Shown here one piece after another: positions 44,386 to 57,034 of a DNA stretch of 64,000 nt. The stretch spans positions 11,782,001-11,846,000 of the forward strand of contig OZ076409.1 in NCBI GenBank assembly GCA_964187785.1, read 5' to 3'. Position 1 is the stretch's first letter, and each line of letters begins with the position of its first letter. Below the pieces are notes generated by a model, which saw only the letters and a list, made by a program, of their open reading frames with translations, was not told the origin of the DNA and did no database searches. A program made the translations under genes and the position numbers. The DNA is from Amphiscolops sp. MND2022 (taxonomy: Eukaryota).

Positions 44386-46859
44386 CTGAATGAAAAGAAT
44401 TCCTTAAAAGGGAGAAAAAAACAAACTTTTCAAAGAATATAGCTTTTTCTTCGTTTCGAAAACAACTGTCTCATGTTACAGTCACGGTATCTAATCAAAA
44501 AAGACTAAACAATAGGGCTACTAGAGAATAATTGAGATTTAATTGCTGCAATACAACCGTTATTCGAAATACGGCGATCCCGAAACGCAGATCGAACTAT
44601 GTATACAAACCGCATACATTAGTTATTCCCAAAGGGATATTCTTTGATCTCGTCTAGATTCTCAAATTTTGCGTTTTCCACACTTAGCAAATGTTTCAGT
44701 CCTGATTTTTTGCTGAGATCATGTAGCGATGCAAAGGTTTGAGCCATGCGTAGGCGGAAAGCACTTGACGACAACAACAATAGAAAGGACTGCCTTTTTT
44801 CCTTTCTAATGCGCCTCACGATGAAATGTGCCTCAACAACACACCAGTGTGGCGTGCAGCTGACACTAATGCAACGAAAAATTTGAATACAGCGTCCGGA
44901 GAACCAGGAACCCTGTTATACCTAGAAACTGTTTTGAGGTTAACCAGGAATATGGAAAGTGCTTCAAGGTGATTTGTTTGTGCTCGACTTTGACAATAGC
45001 ACGTGAACACGACCAGCTGTAACTTTGAGACTGTTTGCGATCAGGTGAAAACTTTTGTTTCATCCAATTACAAAAACTTATCAATTTGTATGACTGGCCA
45101 CATTGTTATTGATGTTACATTTATTTCTACATGAAAACTAAATTGCTTGCGCAACTGAGAAAAAAACTGAAAAAGTCTGACTCAAAAAAGACAGAATGAC
45201 AAAAATACCAAGACTCAGCAAGCAATTGCTACACTTAATTTATTCTTGTAGCCCTATTCTCTTTTCTTTCACCTAATCTTCAGGACGTATGTCAAACGAC
45301 TTTTTAAAAATACTTCGAAAGAATTATTCGTTACTTCCTATTGGGTTATCAGCAAATGGAATTTAACTATAAAGAATTGATTTGAAAATTACCATGCCTC
45401 AATTTCGACCAAAAATTTCCTTGTAAATACAATTGTAAGTTCGAGACTGCTTAAAAAGATAGAGATCGAGATTTGCAGACTTCAACCCCAGAACATCTTT
45501 TTTAAAAGTTATTACCTTTCGGAGCGTTTTCTTTGGGTTATCATTTATCAAATCTTTCAAACATTGCTTATCTGGCAGAACTAAAATTTATTTTTATTTC
45601 AGATGAAGCCCTCTTCAAGCAACCCCGTCGTGGGCTCTATTCAAGCTTTTCTGTCGATAAAATTAGTCAAAAATTAAGATGAAATAGCCGCCACAACGAA
45701 AAAAAAATTACGAACAGTTGATTCAATCAACACTGGTCACAGAGGGCTACACAAATTTTACCGTTAAGGTTTCGTTAAAGCGCCTTGTGACATGTGAACT
45801 TCGTCAGAGCGGATGTTAACAGACAATGTAATGTCAAATTGGTCGCTTATTGATTTTTTCACATTGTTTTGATTTCAAAACCAGCCTTGCAGCTGTTCAA
45901 CAACTTTAAAGCGGGCCTTCTAAAAGACCAAAACCTTGAATTCGAAAAAAAACTAAAGCCCAAATCAGAAATCCACTGTTCCGGGACACAATCAAGAAGC
46001 ACCAAAACCAGTATAGAAACAGAAGTTGCACTATGCACCCTTGCAATAGGAAATGACAATTTTTCTTTGGTTTTTCTAGTTAATGTTAAAACTCTTGTCA
46101 TTCTGTGGTCGAATCAAAATTCGCTTTATTCATTTCTTATTCCACAGAATATTGTAGCAATCGATGGATTTCCACATTTTCAAAAAAGGGTTTTCCAAAA
46201 TGTTTAAGGAACATTCAATAATCAATCCTATCAGTTTTGTTTTCAAAATTTCAATGGTTCTAAACGCAGTGTTGCGTTTAAAGATGGTTTATCGGAAAAT
46301 CACTTGATACCTATGTGAAAATCTTAGTTAGAAATTTCAATATAGAACAGTTGCTAAAAATTTCTAATTCCTGCTGTTAACTAGATAAAATGGTTTTTAA
46401 AACTTAAGCAACTGTTCTTCCTTGAAATTAGAGTAAAGATTTTCATTGTATTTTACTTTAGTTATTTCCACTATATTAACTGAACAGCCTATTTACCTGA
46501 ATCATTGATTGTCAACATTACCTCAACACCCAGCCGATTGTGGATTCCTGATACTTTTTTGCTCTAACAATGAGTGGCATAATTTTAAAAAATAGTACAT
46601 TGATTCATTTGTTCTGTTCTAGCATATTTTTAGAAATTACCGCTACTGTTAGAGCATGGAAGAAGATACATGCCAATGCAAACACCTTGGTAATTGAAGC
46701 AGTCTCGAACTTCCAGAACGTGTATAAATTGTTTGAAAGCGTGCTATTTCTAGTGGAAAAACAGCTTACCTAACACAATAAAGAAATATCGGCCGTTCCT
46801 CATTTAAAAAAAAATTAAACCTAAAACATTAGGGAGAATTTCCTTCGAAGAAAATGCGA

Positions 46860-47383
46860 TTTTTAGTCGGCGCTTTTCGAAGAAAAACGCAGACTATAGT
46901 AGTGACTTTTTTAAGACCAACTAACTGAAAGATTTTATAAATTTTATAAGTGAGCACTAACACTGCTGTCTGGCACTAACATTGTCTGGCACTAACACTA
47001 AACCACACTGGCATAGAGGTTACGGCTTTTTGAGGTCTGCCAAGCGGAAGGACATGGGTTCGAGTCCCGCCCTTGACCAAATTTTTTTTGTGTAGATTTT
47101 TTTCGGCTTTGTGAGACTTTTTTTCGCATTTTTTTTAAATGTCTCCGAAGGGTCCACCCTTCATTTTTTTTCCTATTTTGCAAAAGAATGGATGTTGAAA
47201 ACAGCCAAAGGGCCCCTTTTACATTTTTCGGTACAATGCGACTTACCAGAAACTTCAAAAAAATTCAAAAAAAATTGGAAAATTTTTTTGGGTACTGTAG
47301 AGGAGAGTACTTGACAATTTGAAGTCCTTTTGCTATTTTTGAGCCTTAGATAGGGCGCCGACTTGGGCCGTTCCCGGCTTGTT
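46860..47383 (+). mobile_element. Helentron/DINE-like copy (duplicated at 50207-50704)
   Basis: TTTTTAGTCGGCGC...GGCGCCGACTTGGGCCGTTCCCGGCTTGTT termini. Confidence 0.7.
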
Positions 47384-47901
47384 CAACAGTTACAGTGGGT
47401 TTTGTCTCTGAATTAATTTACGTATGGAAAATTATCCTATCTTCTATAGAAGTTTCCAAAATTATTATATCATGCGACTTTTTTATTTCAGTTACGTACA
47501 TCTTCAAACAAGCTTGTGGCACACTTTTACTATACAAGTAATTTTTTTCTACAGTATTATACAAGAGAATTGACATTAAACTCAATCTTCTTTTCATGCA
47601 GCTTTTGTAAGACTAAATTATTCCGAACGTTAATCTGTGAACGAAAAACGATCGGAAGGATAAAAAGCATTCCCAGTGCCGATGGTAAATGTCGAAGGTT
47701 TCTACTTAGTTGTCTCTAGACTGACTGTGTCTCATACTCTTTTTCGAGATTCAATAAAGTCCTCTAATTGTAACATCTCAAATTTACAATAAAAAGCTAT
47801 TGTATTATTATCGGTAAAGTTTTGGGACTAGAGAAAATTGAGTTTGGTGCACAACAAAACTGTTTCAACACCAACAACTACTGAAATATACATCTGCCAG
47901 C

Positions 47902-47991
47902 CTAACAAAACTGTTTTCCTATGTAAGGTTATTATATATAAATTCTAAAATTTATATATAATAACCTTACATAGGAAAACAGTTTTGTTAG
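47902..47991. repeat. Perfect palindrome, 43-bp arms with 4-nt loop (copy at 51223-51312)
   Basis: Arms are exact reverse complements around CTAA. Confidence 0.95.
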
Positions 47992-48798
47992 TCTTTCAAT
48001 ACATGGACCGATGCGCAGCAGCTTCACCGTTTGAAGCAGTTAAATAAAGTTTCAACTCAATTTACAATTTGAGTAAGTTCCATGGGCAGTTTTGTGAAAC
48101 GAAATATAAAATCACCCACTGACATTTGTAAGTTTTAATCAAATTCTCAAACTAATCGACAACACAAAATAAACACAAACGCCCACCGTCCGTAGGCATG
48201 CCTTTCGACGACGTATGCCAAAAACCGCATACCACGCAGTCATTTCCGCTAGATTCTCAAATTTTGCGATGTTTTTCCCACACTTAGCAAATGTTTAAGT
48301 CCTGATTTTTACTGAGATCATGTAGCGATGCGAAGGTTTGAGTCATGCGTAGGCGGGTGTCTGGATTTAAACGTGGAAGTTCACCGTAGAAAAATATGGA
48401 GCTATCAAAAAACTTACGGTAAAAGCCGTTCAAAGTTACAGCAAAAAGTCAAACAACATAAACGCTTAGCTGAGAAACTTGCAATAGTGCCTGCATATGT
48501 GAAATCTGGTGGCGCCATTTTTTTCCTGGAAAGCTAAACATGACATCCGAATTTCTCGAGTTTCCACGAGTTCTGAGCAATATCAAAACCTTCAAGGTAC
48601 GTAGTCATGGTAATGATTTATGAATTTTCCAATTGTCGAAAATTCTCCAAAAAGTTTCAGGTGTTTTGGTACGACAGTCTTTCTTCTACAACAGCACCTA
48701 ACACCGAATCAACTTTCAGGTTAACGTTCGAGCGGAACAACCATAAAGGCACAAAATAGCTGTTTTCGTTCACGGGAAGCCCATATATTAAAACTTAC

Positions 48799-49521
48799 TA
48801 ATATTAAAGTGTGAAAACCACTGAACATCAGAGTCCTCGTCAAGAGAGCTTTTATTCTCGTTCGCTGTTAGACAAGAACCAGTGAGGCCAGACAAAATCG
48901 AGGAACCAAATTGACTAGATTTGGAGCATGTTGCAACCTGCGCAGATCCAGGCTCCGGTTTTAGCGAAACTTCATCGGGAAAATCGTAAACAGAGTCATC
49001 CGAACACCTGTTTCTTTCTTTGAATTTGTCAATTTTAGTATGACTGAATTTATTCGCTGTACTATTCTCATCCTGAAACCACAACGAGGTTGCAAAAATT
49101 TACATATAGTACAGAAATATGAGATTTGATGAGAATCAATACTAACCGATAAAGCTTTAATAGAGAAGGTAGAGCTGGTATTAGAGTCACCACTGACAGG
49201 AATAAGTTGAACTTTGTGACCCAAATGATCCAATAGTACAACCTTTTCACCAGTGATTGTTCTGAAGGTTCCATCACTTTCCCGGATTAACTGAACTTGG
49301 TTTCTGCTTCCATCGAACTGTTGTTTACTATTATTGGTCTCGGAATAGAATGTATCAACTGAGCTGGTGTTGGCAATAAAATCGTTTTCATCTTGGCTTT
49401 CCACAATTTTGATATCTTTCTGTAGTCGTTCATACACTTTTTCGAAACTTGTTTCAGCGAAAGAAAAATTGACTTCGGGAAACCCCTTAGGCGAAATTGG
49501 ACCTTTCGACAGAGAATACAT
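48799..49521 (-). CDS. CTCF: Probable CTCF N-terminal exons, proximal copy (49521-49147 and 49072-48799), containing SVYDF
   Basis: Overlapping ORFs 48961-49521 and 48788-49084 join through a 74-nt GTTAGT..TTTCAG intron; the phase 1 GTAAGT donor is compatible with acceptor 44385. Further small intervening exons are possible. Confidence 0.6.
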
Positions 49522-52119
49522 GCTTTGAGCTGGATATAGGAAGCCTTATATTTCCGCAAATAGCTCTGCACAAAAAGCCTCACATTTGTCTGAAAAAAAA
49601 CGAACGTGAAGTGGAGGCGCATCTGCATTACAATATTTTCCGCAAAATTTTACGGACACCTTTAGAAAGCAATAAAGCAATCGATAGTCCGAAACATCAA
49701 CCAACTGTTGAGAAAGGATATCGACTCATCAACTAGAATTTATCATGGATCTACGTCATTTACCTTACAATCAGAACTGGATCGTATTTTACTTTAGTTA
49801 TTTCCACTATATTAACTGAACAGCCTATTTACCTGAATCATTGATTGTCAACATTACCTCAACACCCAGCCGATTGTGGATTCCTGATACTTTTTTGCTC
49901 TAACAATGAGTGGCATAATTTTAAAAAATAGTACATTGATTCATTTGTTCCGTTCTAGCATATTTTTAGAAATTACCGCATATTTTAGAAATTTCTGTTA
50001 GAGCATGGAAGATACATGCCAATGCAAACACCTTGGTAATTGAAGCAGTCTCGAACTTCCAGAACGTGTATAAATTGTTTGAAAGCGTGCTATTTCTAGT
50101 GGAAAAACAGCTTATCTAACACGTTAAAGAAATATCGGACGTTCCCCATTTTAAAAAAAATTTAAACCTAAAACATTAGGGAGAATTTCCTTCGAAGAAA
50201 ATGCGATTTTTAGTCGGCGCTTTTCGAAGAAAAACGCAGACTATAGTAGTGACTTTTTTCAAGACCAACTAACTGACAGATTTTATAAATTTTATAAGTG
50301 AGCACTAACACTGCTGTCTGGCACTAACACTAAACCACACTGGCATAGAGGTTACGGCTTTTTGAGGTCTGCCAAGCGGAAGGACATGGGTTCGAGTCCC
50401 GCCCTTGACCAATTTTTTTTTGTGTAGATTTCTTTCGGCTTTGTGAGACTTTTTTTCGCAATTTTTTTAATGTCTCCGAAGGGTCCACCCTTCATTTTTT
50501 TCCTATTTTGCAAAAGAATGGATGTTGAAAACAGCCAAAGGGCCCCTTTTACATTTTTCGGTACAACGCGACTTACCAGAAACTTCAAAAAAAATTTGGA
50601 AAATTTTTTTGGGTACTGTAGAGGAGAGTACTTGACAATTTGAAGTCCTTTTGCTATTTTTGAGCCTTAGATAGGGCGCCGACTTGGGCCGTTCCCGGCT
50701 TGTTCAACAGTTACAGTGGGTTTTGTCTCTGAATTAATTTACGTATGGAAAATTATCCTATCTTCTATAGAAGTTTCCAAAATTATTATATCATGCGACT
50801 TTTTTATTTCAGTTACGTACATCTTCAAACAAGCTTGTGGCACACTTTTACTATACAAGTAATTTTTTTCTACAGTATTATACAAGAGAATTGACATTAA
50901 ACTCAATCTTCTTTTCATGCAGCTTTTGTAAGACTAAATTATTCCGAACGTTAATCTGTGAACGAAAAACGATCGGAAGGATAAAAAGCATTCCCAGTGC
51001 CGATGGTAAATGTCGAAGGTTTCTACTTAGTTGTCTCTAGACTGACTGTGTCTCATACTCTTTTTCGAGATTCAATAAAGTCCTCTAATTGTAACATCTC
51101 AAATTTACAATAAAAAGCTATTGTATTATTATCGGTAAAGTTTTGGGACTAGAGAAAATTGAGTTTGGTGCACAACAAAACTGTTTCAACACCAACAACT
51201 ACTGAAATATACATCTGCCAGCCTAACAAAACTGTTTTCCTATGTAAGGTTATTATATATAAATTCTAAAATTTATATATAATAACCTTACATAGGAAAA
51301 CAGTTTTGTTAGTCTTTCAATACATGGACCGATGCGCAGCAGCTTCACCGTTTGAAGCAGTTAAATAAAGTTTCAACTCAATTTACAATTTGAGTAAGTT
51401 CCATGGGCAGTTTTGTGAAACGAAATATAAAATCACCCACTGACATTTGTAAGTTTTAATCAAATTCTCAAACTAATCGACAACACAAAATAAACACAAA
51501 CGCCCACCGTCCGTAGGCATGCCTTTCGACGACGTATGCCAAAAACCGCATACCACGCAGTCATTTCCGCTAGATTCTCAAATTTTGCGATGTTTTTCCC
51601 ACACTTAGCAAATGTTTAAGTCCTGATTTTTACTGAGATCATGTAGCGATGCAAAGGTTTGAGTCATGCGTAGGCGGGTGTCTGGATTTAAACGTGGAAG
51701 TTTACCGTAGAAAAATATGGAGATGTCAAAAAAACTTACGGTAAAAGCCGTTCAAATTTACAGCAAAAAGTCAAACAACATAAACGCTTAGCTGAGAAAC
51801 TTGCAATAGTGCTTGCATATGTGAAATCTGGTGGCGCCATTTTTTTCCTGGAAAGCTAAACATGACATCCGAATTTCTCGAGTTTCCACGAGTTCTGAGC
51901 AATATCAAAACCTTCAAGATACGTAGTCATGGTAATGATTTATGAATTTTCCAATTGTCGAAAATTCTCCAAAAAGTTTCAGGTGTTTTGGTACGACAGT
52001 CTTTCTTCTACAACAGCACTTAACACCGAATCAACTTTCAGGTTAACGTTCGAGCGGAACAACCATAAAGGCACAAAATAGCTGTTTCGTTCACGGGAAG
52101 CCCATATATTAGAACTTAC

Positions 52120-52842
52120 TAATATTAGAGTGTGAAAACCACTGAACATCTGAGTCCTCGTCAAGAGAGCTTTCATTCTCGTTCGCTGTTAGACAAGAAC
52201 CAGTGAGGCCAGACAAAATCGAGGAACCAAATTGACTAGATTTGGAGCATGTTGCAACCTGCGCAGATCCAGGCTCCGGTTTTAGCGAAACTTCATCGGG
52301 AAAATCGTAAACAGAGCCATCCGAACACCTGTTTCTTTCTTTGAATTTGTCAATTTTAGTATGACTGAATTCATTCGCTGTACTATTCTCATCCTGAAAC
52401 CACAACGAGGTTGCAAAAATTTACATATAGTACAGAAATATGAGATTTGATGAGAATCAATACTAACCGATAAAGCTTTAATAGAGAAGGTAGAGCTGGT
52501 ATTAGAGTCACCACTGACAGGAATAAGTTGAACTTTGTGACCCAAATGATCCAATAGTACAACCTTTTCACCAGTGATTGTTCTGAAGGTTCCATCACTT
52601 TCCCGGATTAACTGAACTTGGTTTCTGCTTCCATCGAACTGTTGTTTACTATTATTGGTCTCGGAATAGAATGTATCAACTGAGCTGGTGTTGGCAATAA
52701 AATCGTTTTCATCTTGGCTTTCCACAATTTTGATATCTTTCTGTAGTCGTTCATACACTTTTTCGAAACTTGTTTCAGCGAAAGAAAAATTGACTTCGGG
52801 AAACCCCTTAGGCGAAATTGGACCTTTCGACAGAGAATACAT
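52120..52842 (-). CDS. Duplicate of the probable CTCF N-terminal exons, distal copy (52842-52468 and 52393-52120)
   Basis: Near-identical to 48799-49521; intact frame and splice sites; 4 amino-acid differences in the second exon. Confidence 0.5.
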
Positions 52843-53080
52843 GCTTTGAGCTGGATATAGGAAGCCTTATTTTTCCGCAAAGAGCACTGCACAAAAAGCC
52901 TCACATTTGTCTGAAAAAAAACGAACATGAACAGGAGGCGCATCTGCATTACAATATTTTCCGCATACTTTTACGGACACCTTTAGAAAGCAATAAAGCA
53001 ATCGATAGTCCCAAACATCAACCAACTGTTTAGAAAAGATATCGACTCATCAACTAGAATTTATCATGGATCTACGTCAT

Positions 53081-56000
53081 CAATCAAGTGCCATGTGTAT
53101 CATCATGTTGGGGGAAGCAACGAAAGTACCCGTGGTCTGCAATGAAAGTAGGGAACCCCATACCAGCCAATATCCCAGTAACAAAAAAACAACCGACAAA
53201 CTACTCATACCAGCCACTATCCCATTAAAAAGCAGTAATGACATAGGTTTAAAAAATACCACATGTATTAAATTTCTCCGAACGCATCACTGTCGCTCAC
53301 AGTTCCTAGAACACAGGCCCAGCTGAAAACTTGATACCCGAAATTAATGATATTTGTGAAACCCCGTCAAATAATGCCTTGTGGTACTTTGATACGTTCA
53401 TGTTATTGGACCGGTCTGTTTGTTCGATGCACTCTGTGGTGCTTATTGCTCTCCTCTCTAAGCTGTTTTTTGGAAAAACAAACCGGTGGAGGTACACGTC
53501 AGAGGTCATCACTCAGCGCAATTATCAACAAACGTATTTGAAACTAGGTCGTTGAGAAAAAACAAAATGCGACAGAAAACCGCAGCAGAAAAGCGAGTTA
53601 GATCGACGACTGCGTTCCATTTGCACTAAATTAGACGATGGTAATGTTGAGGCCGGAAACAGAATGACAGTGGGCGATGAGAAGATTGTAGATTTCACGG
53701 TCGACAACTACACAGCCTTCAAGCTGAAACATCCGCAGAAGGAAACTTGCTGTTCCGGACCCCACAGACATCGATTGTTTTTCAACGGCTACACGGAATC
53801 AGGTCTAATGAAATAGATTTAAGAGAGGGGGCAAAAGAGTGGGCGGAAGTAGGTCGAAGGAACGGGATCGAAAATCAGAGTTAGTCCTCAGGTCGACATA
53901 CCAAATTTTTGAACAGGATCGAAAGGACTCGGATCGAAATTTTTATAACGGAGCGACGTGCCATATGGCCATGCCTCAATGTTGCTACTTGGCGAAGGGA
54001 GCGAAGCGACCGAGCCATACAACAATTACGATAAAATTCGACTGCATTCCATTCGATCCCTGCAATTCGATCAAAAAGTTCGACCTCTGTCCTTTCGACC
54101 GGAAAAATTCGACCTATTTACATCCACCTGGGGCAAAACTGAGATCTAGATAAATTGATCTAAATAATCAGGTCTAAAAATTTCTTCTAAATTGATCTAA
54201 TTTGAGAAAAAAATAAGTCAATTGGGATCTAAAACTAAAAAGTGATATAAAGTATAAAACGTGCCTCGGATATGTCCCCATTTCTTGGGGCCGCTCATAT
54301 TCCCATCTTGCTAAGCGAGGTCGAACAGAAGCGAAGACCTAGCGGGAAAGGAGATCGCGAAGCGATCGTAGTGGGAGCTGGTCTTTTTAGACGATGAGGG
54401 CGAGCGTGCATACATCGCATATGCCCCACGTTATATTTTCGCTTTCAGAACACATATTAGATCATAAAGGGGTTAGACCTAAGTGTTTTAGATAAAATTA
54501 GATCTGAAAGTTAGACCTAACAGTTAGATCTAACTCCATTAGACCCAAGCAATTAGATCAAAGGCGTACACTCCTTTTTCAACCTCGTAGATTTTCGTTC
54601 ACAAGTTTCTCATGTCCTTCCCCAAAGGCTCTACTGCATTCTTGGATGGCATTTCGCCCCAAGATATGAAAGATTTGACTGCCAAGTCGAACGGGCAAAC
54701 TGGATTGAATTTTCTCAGAGCCTCAACAATACTTGTGAATGTGATTCTCGAAGGAAAATTATTTTTCGAACTTCGGCCGCACTTCTTTGGTGCGAAATTA
54801 ATTGCGCTAAAAAGTTCAATGAAGGACTTCGTCCTATTGCTGTAGGCAATAAATCCCACCAGATTGTCTGCAAAATGTGCAGAATACCATGTCTTCGAAT
54901 CACGCAAGCAAGATCCGGAAGACCCCAAGAAGGTATAGGCACCAAAAGGGGCGTTTAATTGGCCTCATATGTTTTCCGTTGTTTGGTAGAAAACCCCAGC
55001 CCAAAAAAATACGTAAGTTTGAACATTGACTCTGAAAACGTTTTTAATTCAATAAAACGTCATGTCATGTTAGAGAAAACTTTTGAAATACACACTGAAG
55101 TTTATAAGTACTCACACTCGGCGTACAGGTAGCCAACATTTCCTTTTTACAGCGATTCAGTAATCAAATCTTGTGAAGGGACACAGCAAGGAGATCTTGA
55201 GTCTCCAATTTTGTTTTTGGATTACATTCAGGATATGATGAACAGTTGGGAGTCGAAAATAAACTTATGGTATCTTGACAATGGAAATTCAAGTGATGCT
55301 TACGGAACAAACTTGAAGGATCTCAAAAAACTTTTGAAGCGGAAAAAACGCTGGGACTCAAAAATAAACCCACGGAATGCAAATTTTCTTTTTGGTGACA
55401 TCACTGAAAAACGACGATAGACACTTTTAGCATCTTTCCAATACAAAACCTTTGCACCGAATTCAAAACACCAAAGACAGATGAACTTATCATTCTTGGT
55501 TCACCGCTCGGCCCGAAATCACAAGCAGACTTATCGGTAAAGAAAAGTAATGAACTGAAAAAGTTATTGGAATTGTTCAAAAACTATATGCGCAATATGG
55601 TTTTTTGGTGAAAAATTGTTTCAGTCTGCCAAAGTTGTTGTATATCCTGAGAACCAGTACATGTTTTAATCATCCAGCTCTCTTGGAAAACCGTACGACA
55701 AAGTATTACAAAACCGTAAGCGACGGGCTTTCTAAAATGAGTAACGTGAACTACGACGATATTTCGAGTACTCAACAGGCTGTGCCCGCTGAATTAGGTG
55801 GTCTCGGGGTTTAATCTGCATCATTATTATCACTTTCCGCCTTTTCGGCTTCGGCGTTTGGTGCAAGTGACATTCTCATGACGATTTTCTCGGAAACATT
55901 CGAAGATGTTTTGTAAACAAAAGCGTTTGAGAAATGGCTGAGTTTGGCGATTGAGCAGGAAAGTCCTCTCGATCGAACCCAGAAAAATTGGGGACAACTT

Positions 56001-56706
56001 GTCTACGTCAAAACCGCCCACGATTTAATTTCTAGCTTGGATGACAAACGTTCGAAAGTTTTTAACGCTCATCAAGGCAGATTCGGGTCTCAATGGCTGA
56101 ACTTCGTTTCTTGCAAGAACTTAGGCCTGAAACTTGATGAACAACAGTTTCGAATTTCAATTGGTTCATGTCTCGGAGCCAACATACGTGTAGCGCATAC
56201 ATGCCACTGTGATAAAAAAGTTGAACGGGACGGTTTACATGGTCTTTTTTGCACCAAGTGCGCTGGTTGCTTCTCACGTCATGCTACTCTCAATTCTCTA
56301 ATAAAGAGACGTTTGGATCTTTCGACTTGCCTTCAATGCTTGAGCTGCGTGGGCTGTACCAAACTGATGGCAAACGCCCAGACGGTGTTACCATGATTGC
56401 TTGGGAAAAACAGCTGGTGTGGGATGTCACGGTTGTGGATGCTCTTGATGCCAGTCGCCTGAATCAAGGCTCTTTATCAACACGGGAACCACCGCCACAG
56501 AAGCTGAAGCGCGTAAAGTTGACAAATATCACAAATTATTAGACAATGGATACATTTTTCAACCGGTAGCCTTGGAAGTACAGGGTTCTAGGCGAGAGCA
56601 GTGAAAATTTCATCACGCGTCTCTGTAAAATGCTCTGTCGTTCGCACGACGATCAATGAGCTGACAGTTTTTTGAAGCAACGGATTTCAATGGCTCTTCA
56701 GATTGG
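53081..56706 (+). mobile_element. Decayed CRE-like (RLE-type) non-LTR retrotransposon
   Basis: RT blocks (FFGAKLIALK, EGTQQGD, NLWYLD, GGLGV), CCHC-like CHC..GLHGL.C and endonuclease RHA.LN / KRPDG / WDVTVVD; many frameshifts. Confidence 0.85.
53787..54574. mobile_element. Foldback/MULE-like non-autonomous element inserted in the CRE-like element
   Basis: Perfect 9-bp TSD TTTTTCAAC; GG..CC ends; GGTCTAA/GATCGAA arrays; shared GC-rich core at ~54258-54430. Confidence 0.8.
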
Positions 56707-57034
56707 CTTCGCGATTTCCCTTTCCGCTAGGTCTTTGCTTCTGTTCGATCTCGCTCAGCAAGATGGGAACATAAGCGTCCCCAGGGAGCCGCGGGTCACT
56801 AGAGGAAATAAGGACTGAACCGAGGCACGTTGTATACTTTGCCTCATTCCAACAAAATTAGTCTGTTTGTTTTTCTTTTAAATTGATGATTTCTACAAAG
56901 TGGTATTTTACAAACTGGACCTAATTCAAAATAATACCATAGTTCAGTTTGTAGAAAAAAATTCCACAAACTGGGCCTCACTTTTCTACAAACTGGATTC
57001 TACAAACTGGTTTTCTACAAACTGGTTTAATACC

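Larger units (their letters stand above)
46448..53080. repeat. 3.3-kb tandem duplication (46448-49759 and 49784-53080, 24-nt spacer)
   Basis: Collinear near-identical sequence with scattered SNPs and small indels. Confidence 0.95.

Noticed and set aside
44866..47720. Extra small CTCF exons (e.g. ~45579-45515, ~46563-46497, ~45093-44922)
   Set aside because: Plausible AG/GT pairs exist, but there is no recognisable homology or unique phase-consistent chain; direct splicing from 48799 to 44385 already works.
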